64,000 bases of DNA from an uncultured Candidatus Rokubacteria bacterium (GTDB taxonomy: Bacteria > Methylomirabilota > Methylomirabilia > Rokubacteriales > CSP1-6): the NCBI GenBank assembly GCA_963771355.1, contig CAVYTA010000005.1:352001-416000 (forward strand), given 5' to 3'. The translations under genes and the position numbers were made by a program. A model generated the notes under the pieces. The model saw only the letters and a list, made by a program, of their open reading frames with translations, made no database searches and was not told the origin of the DNA. Shown here in pieces: positions 36,724 through 47,028 of this stretch. Position 1 is the stretch's first letter; every line of letters starts with the position of its first letter.

Positions 36724-38184
36724 ATGACGGCCCGTGTTCTGCTCGGGGTGGACGTCGGCACCACGTCCGCCAAGGGCGCCGCCTTCGACCTCGACGGACG
36801 CCTGCTCGCGCAGGAGACCATCGCCTACGCGCATCGTGTCCCCGCGGCGGGTTGGGCGGAGGCCGATGCGGACTCCTGGTGGGACGCGGTGCGCCGCATC
36901 CTTGGTGGCCTCGCTGCCGCCGCCGGGGGGCGCGTGGAGGCCGTCGGCGTCACCGGGCAGGCCCCCACGCTGCTGGCGGTGGACGCGGACGGCCGCCCGC
37001 TCGCTCCCGCCATCCTCTGGCTGGACGTCCGCGCCGAGGCGGAAGCGACGGCGCTCGCCGACGCGATGGGCCCACGCGCCGAGGCCATCGGAGGCAATCG
37101 ACTGCACGCGTACTATCTCGGACCCAAGGCCGTCTGGCTCCGGCGGCACGCCCCCGAGGTCTGGGCGCGGACCGCCACCTTCTTGCAATCACACAGCTTT
37201 CCGGTGCTGCGGCTCACCGGCGAGCGCGTCACCGATCCCTCCTCGGCCGCGCTCTGCGCGCCGCTCTACGACGCGCGGGCCCGCGCCTGGTCGGCCGAGG
37301 GCGCGGCGGCGACGGGCGTGGAGGTGGCGCGGCTGCCCGCGCTGCGCCCCGCCCGGGCGGTGGCGGGAGCGGTCACCGCGGCGGCGGCCCGCGACACGGG
37401 GCTCGCGCCCGGTACGCCGGTGGTGGTGGGCGGCGCGGACTTCGCCGCCTCCACGCTGGCCGCCGGCGTCACCGAGCCCGGCGAGGCCTGTCTCATGCTC
37501 GGCACCTCCGGCAATCTCATCGTGCCGCAGGCGCGTCCCGACTTCGACACGCGCCTCATCAACGCGCATCACGTGGGCTGCGACCGCTATCTCGCGCTGG
37601 GCGCCACGCTGTGCGGCGCGGTGCTGGAGTGGTTCCGCAGCGTCTTCGCGCGAGGCGTGCCCTTCGACACGCTGGATGCGGAGGCCCGGGCGGTGCCGGC
37701 GGGGGCGGAGGGCCTGCGGCTCCTGCCCTATCTCCAGGGCGAGCGCACCCCGCTCTGGGATGCGAGCGCGCGCGGCGCCTTCGTGGGGCTGTCCCTCGCC
37801 CACGGCCGCGGTCATCTCTATCGAGCCGTCCTGGAGGGCATCGCGCTGTCCCTGCGGCATAGCCTGGAGGTACTGCGCGAGCACGGCGCCACGCTCGACG
37901 AGGTGGTGGCGGTCAACGGTGGCGCCCGGAGCGCGCTGTGGCGGCAGATCCTCTGCGACGCGCTCGGTGCGCCGCTGGCCTATCTTCCTGACGGCGAGGG
38001 TGCTCCGGCGGGGGCCGCGCTGCTCGCCGGACTCGGCGCGGGCGCGCTCGCCGGCGTGGCGGCGGCCAAGGCCTGGCGCGGGCGACTGGTGCGCCACACG
38101 CCCGACCCCGAGCGCGGCGCGATGTACACCGCCATGCTCGCGGAGCGGCTGACCCTCTATCCCGCGCTCCGGCGCGTCGCCTGA
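36724..38184 (+). CDS. FGGY-family carbohydrate kinase (xylulokinase-like)
   Basis: GVDVGTTS, AILWLDVR, PYLQGERTP, RAVLEGIA. Confidence 0.92.
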   Translation: MTARVLLGVDVGTTSAKGAAFDLDGRLLAQETIAYAHRVPAAGWAEADADSWWDAVRRILGGLAAAAGGRVEAVGVTGQAPTLLAVDADGRPLAPAILWLDVRAEAEATALADAMGPRAEAIGGNRLHAYYLGPKAVWLRRHAPEVWARTATFLQSHSFPVLRLTGERVTDPSSAALCAPLYDARARAWSAEGAAATGVEVARLPALRPARAVAGAVTAAAARDTGLAPGTPVVVGGADFAASTLAAGVTEPGEACLMLGTSGNLIVPQARPDFDTRLINAHHVGCDRYLALGATLCGAVLEWFRSVFARGVPFDTLDAEARAVPAGAEGLRLLPYLQGERTPLWDASARGAFVGLSLAHGRGHLYRAVLEGIALSLRHSLEVLREHGATLDEVVAVNGGARSALWRQILCDALGAPLAYLPDGEGAPAGAALLAGLGAGALAGVAAAKAWRGRLVRHTPDPERGAMYTAMLAERLTLYPALRRVA

Positions 38185-39242
38185 TGGCTCACATCGCCAT
38201 CCTCGGCGCCGGCTACATGGGGAGCGCCCTCACCGTGCCCGCCACCGACAACGGGCACTCGGTGGCGCTCTGGGGCACCGCGCTCGACGGCCGCCTGGTG
38301 GCGGCGGTGCGCGCGGGACGCCCGCACCCCCGGCTGGGCCTGCGCTTGTCGCGCGCGGTGGCGCCCTTTCCCGCGGACGAGCTGGGCGCGGCGCTGGCCG
38401 GCGCCGACCTCGTGGTGAACGCGGTGACCTCGGACGCGGCGGTGTCCGTGCTGCGGCAGGCGGCGCGCCACCTTCCCCCCGGCGTGCCGCTGCTCTCCGT
38501 GTCCAAGGGGCTCACGCGCAGCCGCGGGCGCATCGTGACCCTGTCCACCGCGGTGGCGGAGGCGACAGGCCTTCGCATCGTGACGGTGGGCGGCCCCTCG
38601 AAGGCGATGGAGCTCGCGCGCCGCGTGCCCACCGCCGTGGTGTACGCCTCGCCGGACGCGCGCGCGCGCGGCCGGTGGCGCCGCGCGCTGGCCACGCCCT
38701 ACTACGCCATCACCGAGACGGCGGATCAGCGGGGGCTCGAGCTGTGCTCCGCGCTGAAGAATGCCTATGCCATCGCGGTCGGGCTCTGCGACGGTCTCGT
38801 CGAGGCGGGCCGGGCGGAGGCGATGTACAACACCAAGTCGCTCATCTACACCCAGGCGGTGGCGGAGATCGCGCGGCTCGGTCGTCGGGTGCGGGCACGA
38901 CCGGAGACCGTGTACGGGCTGGGGGGCGTGGGGGATCTCCACGTCACCGCGGTGGCCGGGCGCAACCGCATCTTCGGCGAGCTGCGCGGCGCCGGGCTCG
39001 CCACGCGCACCGTGGTGCGGCGCCTCGCGCGCCGGGACCAGCTCACCGAGGGCTACGCCGCCATCCGCTGGTGCTGGCGCTTCGCCGCCGGGCGCGGGGT
39101 GGAGGTCCCGCTGCTGCGCGCGCTTCATCGCATCGTCTACGGCGGACGCGACGTCGAGCGCGAGCTGCGCGCCGCCTGCTGGAGCATCACACCGAAGTCC
39201 AACGTCAAGCCCGATGCCCAAGCTCAAGGAGGTCGCCGATGA
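38184..39242 (+). CDS. gpsA: NAD(P)H-dependent glycerol-3-phosphate dehydrogenase family protein (GpsA-like)
   Basis: GAGYMG, SKG, GGPS, ALKNAYAI, GVGDL, GRNR. Confidence 0.8.
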   Translation: MAHIAILGAGYMGSALTVPATDNGHSVALWGTALDGRLVAAVRAGRPHPRLGLRLSRAVAPFPADELGAALAGADLVVNAVTSDAAVSVLRQAARHLPPGVPLLSVSKGLTRSRGRIVTLSTAVAEATGLRIVTVGGPSKAMELARRVPTAVVYASPDARARGRWRRALATPYYAITETADQRGLELCSALKNAYAIAVGLCDGLVEAGRAEAMYNTKSLIYTQAVAEIARLGRRVRARPETVYGLGGVGDLHVTAVAGRNRIFGELRGAGLATRTVVRRLARRDQLTEGYAAIRWCWRFAAGRGVEVPLLRALHRIVYGGRDVERELRAACWSITPKSNVKPDAQAQGGRR

Positions 39243-40519
39243 GACGGACCCTGGCCGTGCTGCTGGCCGCCGGGCTCCTCGCGGGGGCGCAACCCGCCGC
39301 CGCGCAGGGCCCCCTCACCACCCAGTTCTGGTACTCCTTCGGGGGCAAGAACCGGGAAGTGACCGAGGCGCACATCAAGAAGTTCAACGAATCGCAGACG
39401 AAGTACCGGATCGAGGGCACGTTCCAGGGCGACTACTTCCAGGCCCTGGCCAAGATCCGCGCCGCCGCCGCTACCAAGACCGCGCCCGCCGTCTTCCACG
39501 TGGTGGGCGAGGCGATGCCGCAGCTGTGGCAGGCCGGCCTCTTCGAGCCGCTGGATGCCTACGCGGCGGGGCCCAACGGGACCAACCTGGCCGACTATCT
39601 TCCCGGCCAGACCCAGCACACCTACTTCGACTATCTGGGCAAGCCGCAGCCGCCGACCTTCGCGCTGCCGTTCTTCCGCAGCACCCCCATCCTCTACTAC
39701 AACGCGGACATGCTGGCGGCCAAGGGCATCAAGGTGCCCGGCACCTGGGATGAGTTCCGCGCCGCCGCCGACAAGCTCACCGTGCGCGAGGGCGCCGAGG
39801 TCAAGGTGTATGGCTTCGAGGTGCCGGTCGACTGGTGGTTCTGGTACGCGCTGCTCCACGAGGCCGGCGGCAGCCTCTTGAGCCCCGACGGCAAGAAGGC
39901 GGCGTTCCGCGAGAAGGGGACGGAGGCGCTGCAGTTCTGGGTGGACCTCGTCAACAAGGACAAGACCATGAAGCGGCCGCCCGGCAAGGACTACAGCGCC
40001 TGGGAGGTGACCAATACCGACTTCCTCAACGGCAAGGTGGCGATGATCTTCACCTCCACCGCCTTCCTCAACTACATCACCGAGAACGCGAAGTTCAAGG
40101 TGGGCACGGCATTCCTGCCCGGCAAGGCGAGGCAGGCGGTGCCCACCGGCGGCACCTTCTTCGTGATCGCCAAGGACGCGCCTCCCGCCGAGAAGGAGGC
40201 GGGCTGGGCCTTCATCAAGTGGATGACGGAGCCCGCGCAGACCATCTCGCTCTCCAAGGCCACCGGCTACATGCCCATCCGCACCTCCGCGGTCGCCTCG
40301 GCGGAGATGCAGGACTTCTACCGGCAGAATCCCAACTACAAGACCGCCATCGACCAGCTGCGCACCGCGCAGCGCTTCCCCTTCTCACCCGCGCTCTTCG
40401 AGATCCAGCGGGAGGTCATCCAGCCCAACCTCGAGGCCGCCGTGCTCGGCATCAAGACGTCCGCCGAGGTCATGCAGGCCGCGGAGGCCAAGGCCAACGA
40501 GATCCTCGGCAAGTACTAG
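39239..40519 (+). CDS. ugpB: Carbohydrate ABC transporter substrate-binding protein (UgpB-like)
   Basis: Signal peptide, LPFFRSTPILYYN, PTGG, TGYMPIR; AAGGAGG RBS. Confidence 0.85.
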   Translation: MRRTLAVLLAAGLLAGAQPAAAQGPLTTQFWYSFGGKNREVTEAHIKKFNESQTKYRIEGTFQGDYFQALAKIRAAAATKTAPAVFHVVGEAMPQLWQAGLFEPLDAYAAGPNGTNLADYLPGQTQHTYFDYLGKPQPPTFALPFFRSTPILYYNADMLAAKGIKVPGTWDEFRAAADKLTVREGAEVKVYGFEVPVDWWFWYALLHEAGGSLLSPDGKKAAFREKGTEALQFWVDLVNKDKTMKRPPGKDYSAWEVTNTDFLNGKVAMIFTSTAFLNYITENAKFKVGTAFLPGKARQAVPTGGTFFVIAKDAPPAEKEAGWAFIKWMTEPAQTISLSKATGYMPIRTSAVASAEMQDFYRQNPNYKTAIDQLRTAQRFPFSPALFEIQREVIQPNLEAAVLGIKTSAEVMQAAEAKANEILGKY

Positions 40520-40542
40520 CGGGCGCCGCGGGCGGCGGGGGC

Positions 40543-41402
40543 GTGAGGCCCGGCTCGGCTGGGCCCTCGCGGCCCCGTCGCTCGCCCTGTTCGCCCTCGT
40601 CTATCTCTACCCCGTCGCCTATTCGGCGTGGGTGAGCTTCTACGAATGGGACCTCGCCGGCCCCGCCCGCTGGGTGGGGACGGCGAACTACCGCGCGCTC
40701 GCCACTCCCGAGTTCCTCGAGGTGGTGACCAATACCGCCAAGTACTCGGGTGGGGTGGTCGTGCTCTCCCAGGCGCTCGGGCTCCTCCTCGCCATCTTCC
40801 TCAACGATCGCACCCGGCTGGGCGCGCTCTTCCGCGCCTCGATCTTCTCCTCCTATGTCGTCTCCTGGGTGGCGGTGTCGCTGCTCTGGATCTGGCTCCT
40901 CGACCCGCAATACGGCCTGGTGGCCTGGCTGCTCGGGCTGGTGCGGCTCCCCGCGGTCAACTGGCTGGGCGACCATCGCATCGCGCTCTGGAGCCTCGTG
41001 CTGGTGACGGTGTGGAAGACGGTCGGCTACCCGATGGTGATCTACCTGGCCGGGCTCCAGGCCATTCCCGGCGATCTGTACGAGGCGGCCGCCCTGGACG
41101 GCGCCGGGGGCTGGCAGCGCTTCCGCCACATCACCTGGCCGCTGCTGACCCCCACCACGCTCTTTCTCCTGGTCACGCTCACCATCGCGAGCTTCCAGGG
41201 CTTCGACATCGTGAAGATCATGACCCAGGGCGGGCCGGTGACCTCGACCATGATCTACGTGTACTGGATCTACGAGCAGGCCTTCCAGTACTTCAAGCTC
41301 GGCAAGGCCTCCGCGGGGGTGGTGGTGTTCTTCGTGCTGATCGTCCTGCTCACGCTCGTCCAGTGGCTCCTCTTCCGGCGGCGGGTGCACTACACGACAT
41401 GA
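40543..41402 (+). CDS. ugpA: Carbohydrate ABC permease (UgpA-like); likely GTG start at 40543 with one missing base near 40547
   Basis: YLAGLQAIP, LYEAAALDGA, MTQGGP; first TM helix is in frame upstream of the ORF-track start. Confidence 0.85.
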
Positions 41403-42229
41403 GGCGCCGCTCCCATCCGCTCCTGCGGGCCCTCACCGTGGGCGTGCTCGCCCTGGTGGCGCTGGTGGAGGTGTTTCCCTATCTCTGGATGGTGTCCACC
41501 TCGCTCAAGGACCTCGCGGAGGTGACGCGGTTCCCGCCCACCTTCTGGCCGAGCCCCGCCCGCTGGGACAACTACGCCAAGGCCTGGGCCTCCGGCCCGT
41601 TCCTGCGCTACGCCCTGAACAACGCGGTGCAGACGGTGGCCATCCTCGTGCTCCAGCTCTTCTTCGGCTGCCTGGCCGGCTTCGCCTTCAGCAAGCTCCG
41701 CTTCCGCGGGCGCGACGCCTGCTTCCTGATCGTCATCGCCTGCCTCATCGTGCCGCCCCAGGTGCGCTTCGTGCCGCTGTACATGCTGTTCAGCAAGGTG
41801 GGCCTGCTCAACACCTACGCCTCCCTGGTGCTGCCCTACGCGGTGTCCGCCCTGGGCACCTTCCTCATCCGCGAGGCCTTCATGCAGATCAGCGACGACA
41901 TCGTGGACGCCGCCCGCGTGGACGGCGCCGGCACCTTCACCCTCATCTTTCGCATCCTCGCTCCCATCGCGCGGCCGACCCTGGTGGCCTTCTCGCTCTT
42001 CAGCGTGGTGTATCACTGGAACGACTTCTTCTGGCCGCTGGTGATGACGACCACGGACGCGGTGCGCACCCTGCCCATCGGGGTGGCCATGCTGCGCGAG
42101 GAAGGCACCGGCGCGCGCTGGCACATCATCATGGCGGGCAGCATGTTCGTGGTGGCGCCGGTGCTGGTGGTGTTCGTGGCGGCGCAGCGGCACATCATCC
42201 GCGCCTTCACCTTCACGACCCTGAAATGA
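41399..42229 (+). CDS. ugpE: Carbohydrate ABC permease (UgpE-like)
   Basis: WMVSTSLK, DAARVDGA, WNDFFWPL; ATGA coupling. Confidence 0.88.
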   Translation: MRRRSHPLLRALTVGVLALVALVEVFPYLWMVSTSLKDLAEVTRFPPTFWPSPARWDNYAKAWASGPFLRYALNNAVQTVAILVLQLFFGCLAGFAFSKLRFRGRDACFLIVIACLIVPPQVRFVPLYMLFSKVGLLNTYASLVLPYAVSALGTFLIREAFMQISDDIVDAARVDGAGTFTLIFRILAPIARPTLVAFSLFSVVYHWNDFFWPLVMTTTDAVRTLPIGVAMLREEGTGARWHIIMAGSMFVVAPVLVVFVAAQRHIIRAFTFTTLK

Positions 42230-42626
42230 AGTCCTCGGGCGTGGACGGGCGGAAGACGAGATCGAAAGCCAGCCAGAGGAGCTTGCTGAAGGGGAAGAGA
42301 ATGAGGGGCGCCACGATCATGGCGATGATGCTCCCCCACTGGAGGGTGGCCCAGGGGGGATCGGGCCAGGTGAGGACGAGGACCGTCACCAGGCCCGCCG
42401 CGAAGAGCGTCTCGGCGGCGATGAGGTTGAAGAGCATCGCCCCCAGCCAGTAGTCCGGCTCCCCGCGGTCGAGCCGGAGGCCGCAGTTCGGGCAGGCCGG
42501 GCGCAGGATCAGCCAGCGCTGAGTGACTTTCCCCGCGCCGCAGCGCGGGCAGCGGCGGCGCAGCGCCCGCCACGCCGAGAGCAGCGCCGCGCGGGCGCGC
42601 GAGGAGCCACCGGACGTCCCCGCCAT
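42213..42626 (-). CDS. DUF983 family membrane protein
   Basis: RCPRCG...CPNCG Zn knuckle, two TM helices, PFSKLLWLAFD. Confidence 0.82.
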   Translation of the reverse strand: MAGTSGGSSRARAALLSAWRALRRRCPRCGAGKVTQRWLILRPACPNCGLRLDRGEPDYWLGAMLFNLIAAETLFAAGLVTVLVLTWPDPPWATLQWGSIIAMIVAPLILFPFSKLLWLAFDLVFRPSTPEDFISGS

Positions 42627-42689
42627 TGAACTCTCCCCGCGCTGATTGACCCGGTCGGCCGGTCGGGGTGATTCAGGCCGTGGTGTCTC

Positions 42690-44318
42690 TCAGCGCTGGT
42701 ACTTGGTGGGCGCCTTCCGCGGCGGGAAGAACATGGGCGTGGGCATGCGGCCCACCGGCACCTCGATGAGCACCGGCCGGTCGAGCTGGATGGCCTCGCG
42801 GACGAGGGCGCCCACCTGGGTGGGCTCCTTGGCGCGCATGCCATGGACGCCGAAGGCATCGGCCAGCTTCATGAAGTCGGGGTTGTGCAGCGCCGCGCCG
42901 TAGCTCCCGCCCCACCAGTCGTCGAGATCGCGGGCCACGTTGCCGAAGGCGTTGTCGTTGAACACCACCGCGATCACGTTGATCTTCTGCTGCACGGCGG
43001 TGGCGAGCTCCTGGACGTTGTACATGAAGCCGCCGTCCCCGATCACCGCGATGACCGGCCGCTGCGGGCAGGCCACCTTGGCGCCGAGGGCCACCGGATA
43101 TTCGTAGCCGAGATTGCCCGAGTACGAGGACGACAGATAGGTCCGGGCCTCGTACGTCGGCCAGCACGGGCGCGAGTAGTAGCCGATCTGGGTCATGCCG
43201 GCGATGAAGATGGCGTTCTCCGGCGTGCCCTCGCGCAGGCTCTTGAGGATGCCGGCCTGGGGCTCCTGGACCAGCGCCGCCGTCTCTGCACGCAATGCCT
43301 CGCGCTCGGCCTTACGTGAGGAGCGCGGGGGAGTGGCCTTACGAACGCTCTCCACGATGGCATCCAGGGTGGCGCGGGCGTCGCCGACGAGCCCGAGCGA
43401 CTTCCGGTGGTTCCGGCCGATCTCGTCCGGATCGATGTCGATGTGAATGACCTGCTGATCGGCCTTGGGCACCGCGAGCGCGAAACGGGTCCCCACCGCG
43501 AGGATCAGGTCGGCCTGGAGCAGGTGATTGCGCACCGGCGAGTTCGGCCAGACGGTGGCGCCGAGCGAGAGGTCGGAGTGGTCGCTGATCGCACCCTTGC
43601 CTTCGGCGCTGGTGATCACGCCGGCCTGGAGATATTCGGCGAGCGCGGTGAGCGACTCGCCGGCCCCGCCGAACACCGCGCCCCCGCCCGCGTAGATGAC
43701 GGGCCGCTGGGCGGCGACGAGCAAGTCCACCGCGCGGCTCACGTCGGCGGCCGCGGCGGCGGCGCGCACCGGCCGCACCGGGTCGATCAGCACCGCCTCG
43801 CCTTCCTCCTCCATGGTCTCGGGCGGCATCTCGATCTCCACCGGGCGCGGCCGGCCGGTGGTGAGGTGATGCATGGCCGCCCGCACCGCCGCCGGCACAT
43901 CGGCCACTTCCAGCACGCGCCGCCGCCACTTGGTCACCGGCCGGATGCACTCGAGCTGGTCATTGACCTCGTGGAGCACGCCGATGTCCTTGCCGATCTG
44001 ATTCTTCGGCACCTGGCCGGAGATCATGAAGACGGGCGAGGAGGCGGAGTACGCGGTGCTGAGCCCGGCGGAGGCATTGAGGAGCCCCGGTCCCGGCACC
44101 ACCAGAGCAGTGCCGACGCCGCCGCCGGCGCGGGCGTAGCCGTCCGCCATGTAGGAGGTGGCTTGCTCGTGCCGCGTCTGGATGAAGCGGATGCGCGGCT
44201 CCTCGCGCAGCGCGGCCATCGCGCCGTAGAGCTGGACGCCGGGGAGCCCGAAGACCACGCGAATGCCTTCGTGATAGAGCTGCTTGACGAGTGCTTCGCC
44301 ACCGGTCATCCGGGCCAT
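42690..44318 (-). CDS. Thiamine-diphosphate-binding enzyme (acetolactate synthase-like)
   Basis: FGLPG, TRHEQ, MADGYAR, GDGGF...FND. Confidence 0.92.
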   Translation of the reverse strand: MARMTGGEALVKQLYHEGIRVVFGLPGVQLYGAMAALREEPRIRFIQTRHEQATSYMADGYARAGGGVGTALVVPGPGLLNASAGLSTAYSASSPVFMISGQVPKNQIGKDIGVLHEVNDQLECIRPVTKWRRRVLEVADVPAAVRAAMHHLTTGRPRPVEIEMPPETMEEEGEAVLIDPVRPVRAAAAAADVSRAVDLLVAAQRPVIYAGGGAVFGGAGESLTALAEYLQAGVITSAEGKGAISDHSDLSLGATVWPNSPVRNHLLQADLILAVGTRFALAVPKADQQVIHIDIDPDEIGRNHRKSLGLVGDARATLDAIVESVRKATPPRSSRKAEREALRAETAALVQEPQAGILKSLREGTPENAIFIAGMTQIGYYSRPCWPTYEARTYLSSSYSGNLGYEYPVALGAKVACPQRPVIAVIGDGGFMYNVQELATAVQQKINVIAVVFNDNAFGNVARDLDDWWGGSYGAALHNPDFMKLADAFGVHGMRAKEPTQVGALVREAIQLDRPVLIEVPVGRMPTPMFFPPRKAPTKYQR

Positions 44319-44401
44319 GGGGATCTCCCGAGCGTTGAGGTTATGCGTCGACAACCGCCGCCATTGCGGGAAAGCCTAACACGGCCGGGGGCGGCCGCGC
44401 T

Positions 44402-45613
44402 TCACGGCGTCGCGATGGCGCCGGTCTCACGCAGCGCCTCCACGCGCGCCGATGGATAGCCGAGCAGGTCCTCGAGCACCGCGCGCGTGTGCTCGCCGAT
44501 ACGATACGGCGCCGGGCCCGCCGGCCCCACCGCGCCGCCGTCCAGGTGAAAGGGGGTGCCGGTGACGCGGACCTTGCCGCGGGTGGGATGCGGCACCGTG
44601 GGAAAGAACTCGCGCGCGGCCAGGTGCGCATTCTCGCGGACCTCGCGGGGCGCGAGGACGGGTGCGCAGGGGATGCGCGCGGCGGTCAGGGCCTCGATCG
44701 CCGCGTCCACGGTGGCGAAGCGGCGGATCCACGCGCCGATGATCTCGCCGAGCGCGAGGCGATTCTCGCGGCGGGCCAGGGGCGTGGCGAACCGCGGGTC
44801 CGCGGCCAGCTCCGGGCGTTCCAGGAGCGCGACCAGGCGGGGCCAGAGCGCGGGGGCCCCCGTGGTCTGGAGCGCCACATGGCGCCCGCCGATCTCGTAC
44901 ACCCACATGCCGGGCCGCGGCGCTCCCATCTCGTCGCCGCCGTTGAGCACGGACCCGAAGCTCACGTCGTCGCAGGCGATGAGGGCTTCCAGCATGGAGA
45001 CGTCCAGGTAGGCGCCGGCCCCGGTGCGCGCGCGGCGCCACAGGGCGGCCATGATGGCGCCGAAGGCGTGCGTGCCCGCGAGCACGTCGGCGGCCTGGAT
45101 ATTCGCGGAGTGGGGCGCCGGCGCATCCCCCCGCTCGAGGTGCATCATGCCCGACGCGGCATTGACGATGTGGGCGAAGGCGGCGCGTCCACGCCAGGGC
45201 CCGGTCTGACCGAAGCCGGAAATGGAGCAGTAGACGAGGTCCGGCTTCACCGCCGACAGCGCCGCCCAGTCACAGCCCAGGCGCGCGATGACCCCCGGCA
45301 CGAAGTTCTCCACCGCGACGTCGGACCGACGCGCGAGGTCGAGGACCACCTCGCGCGCGGCGGGATGGGCCAGGTCCAGGGCCAGGCTCTCCTTGCCGGT
45401 GTTGATGCGCGTGAAGTAGGTGCTCTGGTCGTCCCGACCCTCTTCGAGCTGCAGGTGCGCCCGGCGCATCTCGTCGCCCTCGCCCGGACGCTCGATCTTG
45501 ATCACGCGCGCGCCGAGGTCGGCGAGCAGGCGCGTGCAGTAGGGGCCGGCGAGGACGCGGGTGAAATCCAGCACGACGAGGCCGTCGAGCAGGGCGGGAC
45601 CGGGCGCGCTCAC
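44402..45613 (-). CDS. Family III CoA transferase (CaiB/BaiF)
   Basis: DFTRVLAGPY, LADLGARVIKIE, ENFVPG, SISGFGQTGP. Confidence 0.9.
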   Translation of the reverse strand: MSAPGPALLDGLVVLDFTRVLAGPYCTRLLADLGARVIKIERPGEGDEMRRAHLQLEEGRDDQSTYFTRINTGKESLALDLAHPAAREVVLDLARRSDVAVENFVPGVIARLGCDWAALSAVKPDLVYCSISGFGQTGPWRGRAAFAHIVNAASGMMHLERGDAPAPHSANIQAADVLAGTHAFGAIMAALWRRARTGAGAYLDVSMLEALIACDDVSFGSVLNGGDEMGAPRPGMWVYEIGGRHVALQTTGAPALWPRLVALLERPELAADPRFATPLARRENRLALGEIIGAWIRRFATVDAAIEALTAARIPCAPVLAPREVRENAHLAAREFFPTVPHPTRGKVRVTGTPFHLDGGAVGPAGPAPYRIGEHTRAVLEDLLGYPSARVEALRETGAIATP

Positions 45614-45638
45614 CGGCGCAGTATAGCAAGCCGCGCCA

Positions 45639-45668
45639 TTGACAGTCGCCGCGCCGCGGGCCTACACT
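45639..45668 (+). promoter_or_regulatory. Putative sigma70 promoter
   Basis: TTGACA-18bp-TACACT upstream of ATG 45711. Confidence 0.5.
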
Positions 45669-45710
45669 CCCGCCGATCGCTGCCGTGCCCTTCAACCTCG
45701 CGAGGACACC

Positions 45711-46850
45711 ATGGCCTTCCCCCTGACCCTCTCCGATCCGTCGTCGCTGGGCCTCGATCCTCAGGCGCTCGAGCGCCTCGTCGAGATCATCGCGGGGCAC
45801 ATCACCGAGGGCCGCTATCCGGGCGCCCAGATCGCGGTGGCCCGGCGCGGCCAGCTCGCACTCTTCAAGTCGCTGGGCGAGGCGCGGACGGAAGGAACCC
45901 GCGGGCCCGCGCGCGACGACACCCTGTGGCTCCTCTACTCCAATACCAAGGTCATCACCGCGAGTGCGCTGTGGATCCTCGCCGAGCGCGGCGCTCTGCG
46001 CTTCACCGACCGGGTGGCCGACCACGTGCCCGGCTTCGAGGCCAACGCCAAGGGCGAGGTCACGATCATCCAGCTCCTGTCCCACCAGGGGGGCTTCCCC
46101 AACGCCGACGTGCCGACCGCGGCGTGGGAGGACCACGATCTCCTGCGGAAGACGGTGTGCGGGTTCACCCTCGAGTTCACGCCCGGCTCACGCGTGCACT
46201 ACCACGGCCGCGCTGCCCACTGGACGGCGGCGGTCCTCATCGAGGCGCTCACCAAGACGGACTACCGTGCCTTCATCCGCGAGAACGTGATCGAGCCGCT
46301 GGGGCTTGGCGGCGACCTCTTCGTGGGACTGCCTGACGCGCACCACGCGCGGACGGTGGACATGCACGAGCCGTCGGCCGATTGGCGTCGACAGAATCGG
46401 CGGGCGGAGGAGAACCACGCGGCCTTCTACCGCGCGGGCACGCCGGGCGGCGGCGGCTATGCCAGCGCCCGGGCCATGGCGGCCTTTTACCAGATGCTGG
46501 TGCAGGGCGGCACGCTGAACGGGACGCGCCTGTTCTCCCCGCGCATGGTCCGGTACGTCACGCGCAACTTCACCGGCGACCGCGTGGACGCTTACATGGG
46601 GATGCCCATGCACCGCGGCCTCGGTCCCCACTCGCGCGGCACCACCGATAGCATCCGCGGCCTGGGCTCGCTCGCCTCGCCGCGCACCTTCGGCCACGGA
46701 GGCGTCGGCTCGTCCTACTGCTGGGGCGATCCGGAGTCGGGGGTGTCCTTCTCCTACCTGACCAACAGCCGGGTGCCGGATCCCTGGCACAGCGCGCGGC
46801 TCGACGTGGTCAGCAACTGCGTGCACTCCGCCATCAACGCGGAGGCCTGA
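45711..46850 (+). CDS. Serine hydrolase (beta-lactamase fold, esterase-like)
   Basis: SNTK (SxxK), LLSHQGG, YHG, FGHGG. Confidence 0.9.
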   Translation: MAFPLTLSDPSSLGLDPQALERLVEIIAGHITEGRYPGAQIAVARRGQLALFKSLGEARTEGTRGPARDDTLWLLYSNTKVITASALWILAERGALRFTDRVADHVPGFEANAKGEVTIIQLLSHQGGFPNADVPTAAWEDHDLLRKTVCGFTLEFTPGSRVHYHGRAAHWTAAVLIEALTKTDYRAFIRENVIEPLGLGGDLFVGLPDAHHARTVDMHEPSADWRRQNRRAEENHAAFYRAGTPGGGGYASARAMAAFYQMLVQGGTLNGTRLFSPRMVRYVTRNFTGDRVDAYMGMPMHRGLGPHSRGTTDSIRGLGSLASPRTFGHGGVGSSYCWGDPESGVSFSYLTNSRVPDPWHSARLDVVSNCVHSAINAEA

Positions 46851-46894
46851 CGCGACCGCGTCTTGCGCTGACGCCCGGTTCGAGCATTCGCTCC

Positions 46895-46920
46895 CGGGAC
46901 CCCCCGGTTAGGGGGTCCCG
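46895..46920. terminator. 10-bp hairpin downstream of serine hydrolase
   Basis: CGGGACCCCC-CGGTTA-GGGGGTCCCG. Confidence 0.45.
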
Positions 46921-46981
46921 ACCCCTCGATTTGACGTCCGTTGTCCTCCGCCCCGGCCCTTCCCAGCCCGCTGTCCGTCGG

Positions 46982-47009
46982 TTGACAAGTCCGCCTTCGT
47001 ACATATACA
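46982..47009 (+). promoter_or_regulatory. Putative sigma70 promoter for the cfa-like operon
   Basis: TTGACA-16bp-TATACA in an AT-rich patch. Confidence 0.45.
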
Positions 47010-47028
47010 AAACATTGAGGACGTCGAC

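Noticed and set aside
45711..46850. Beta-lactam resistance gene
   Set aside because: No signal peptide, esterase-like motifs and a catabolic context.
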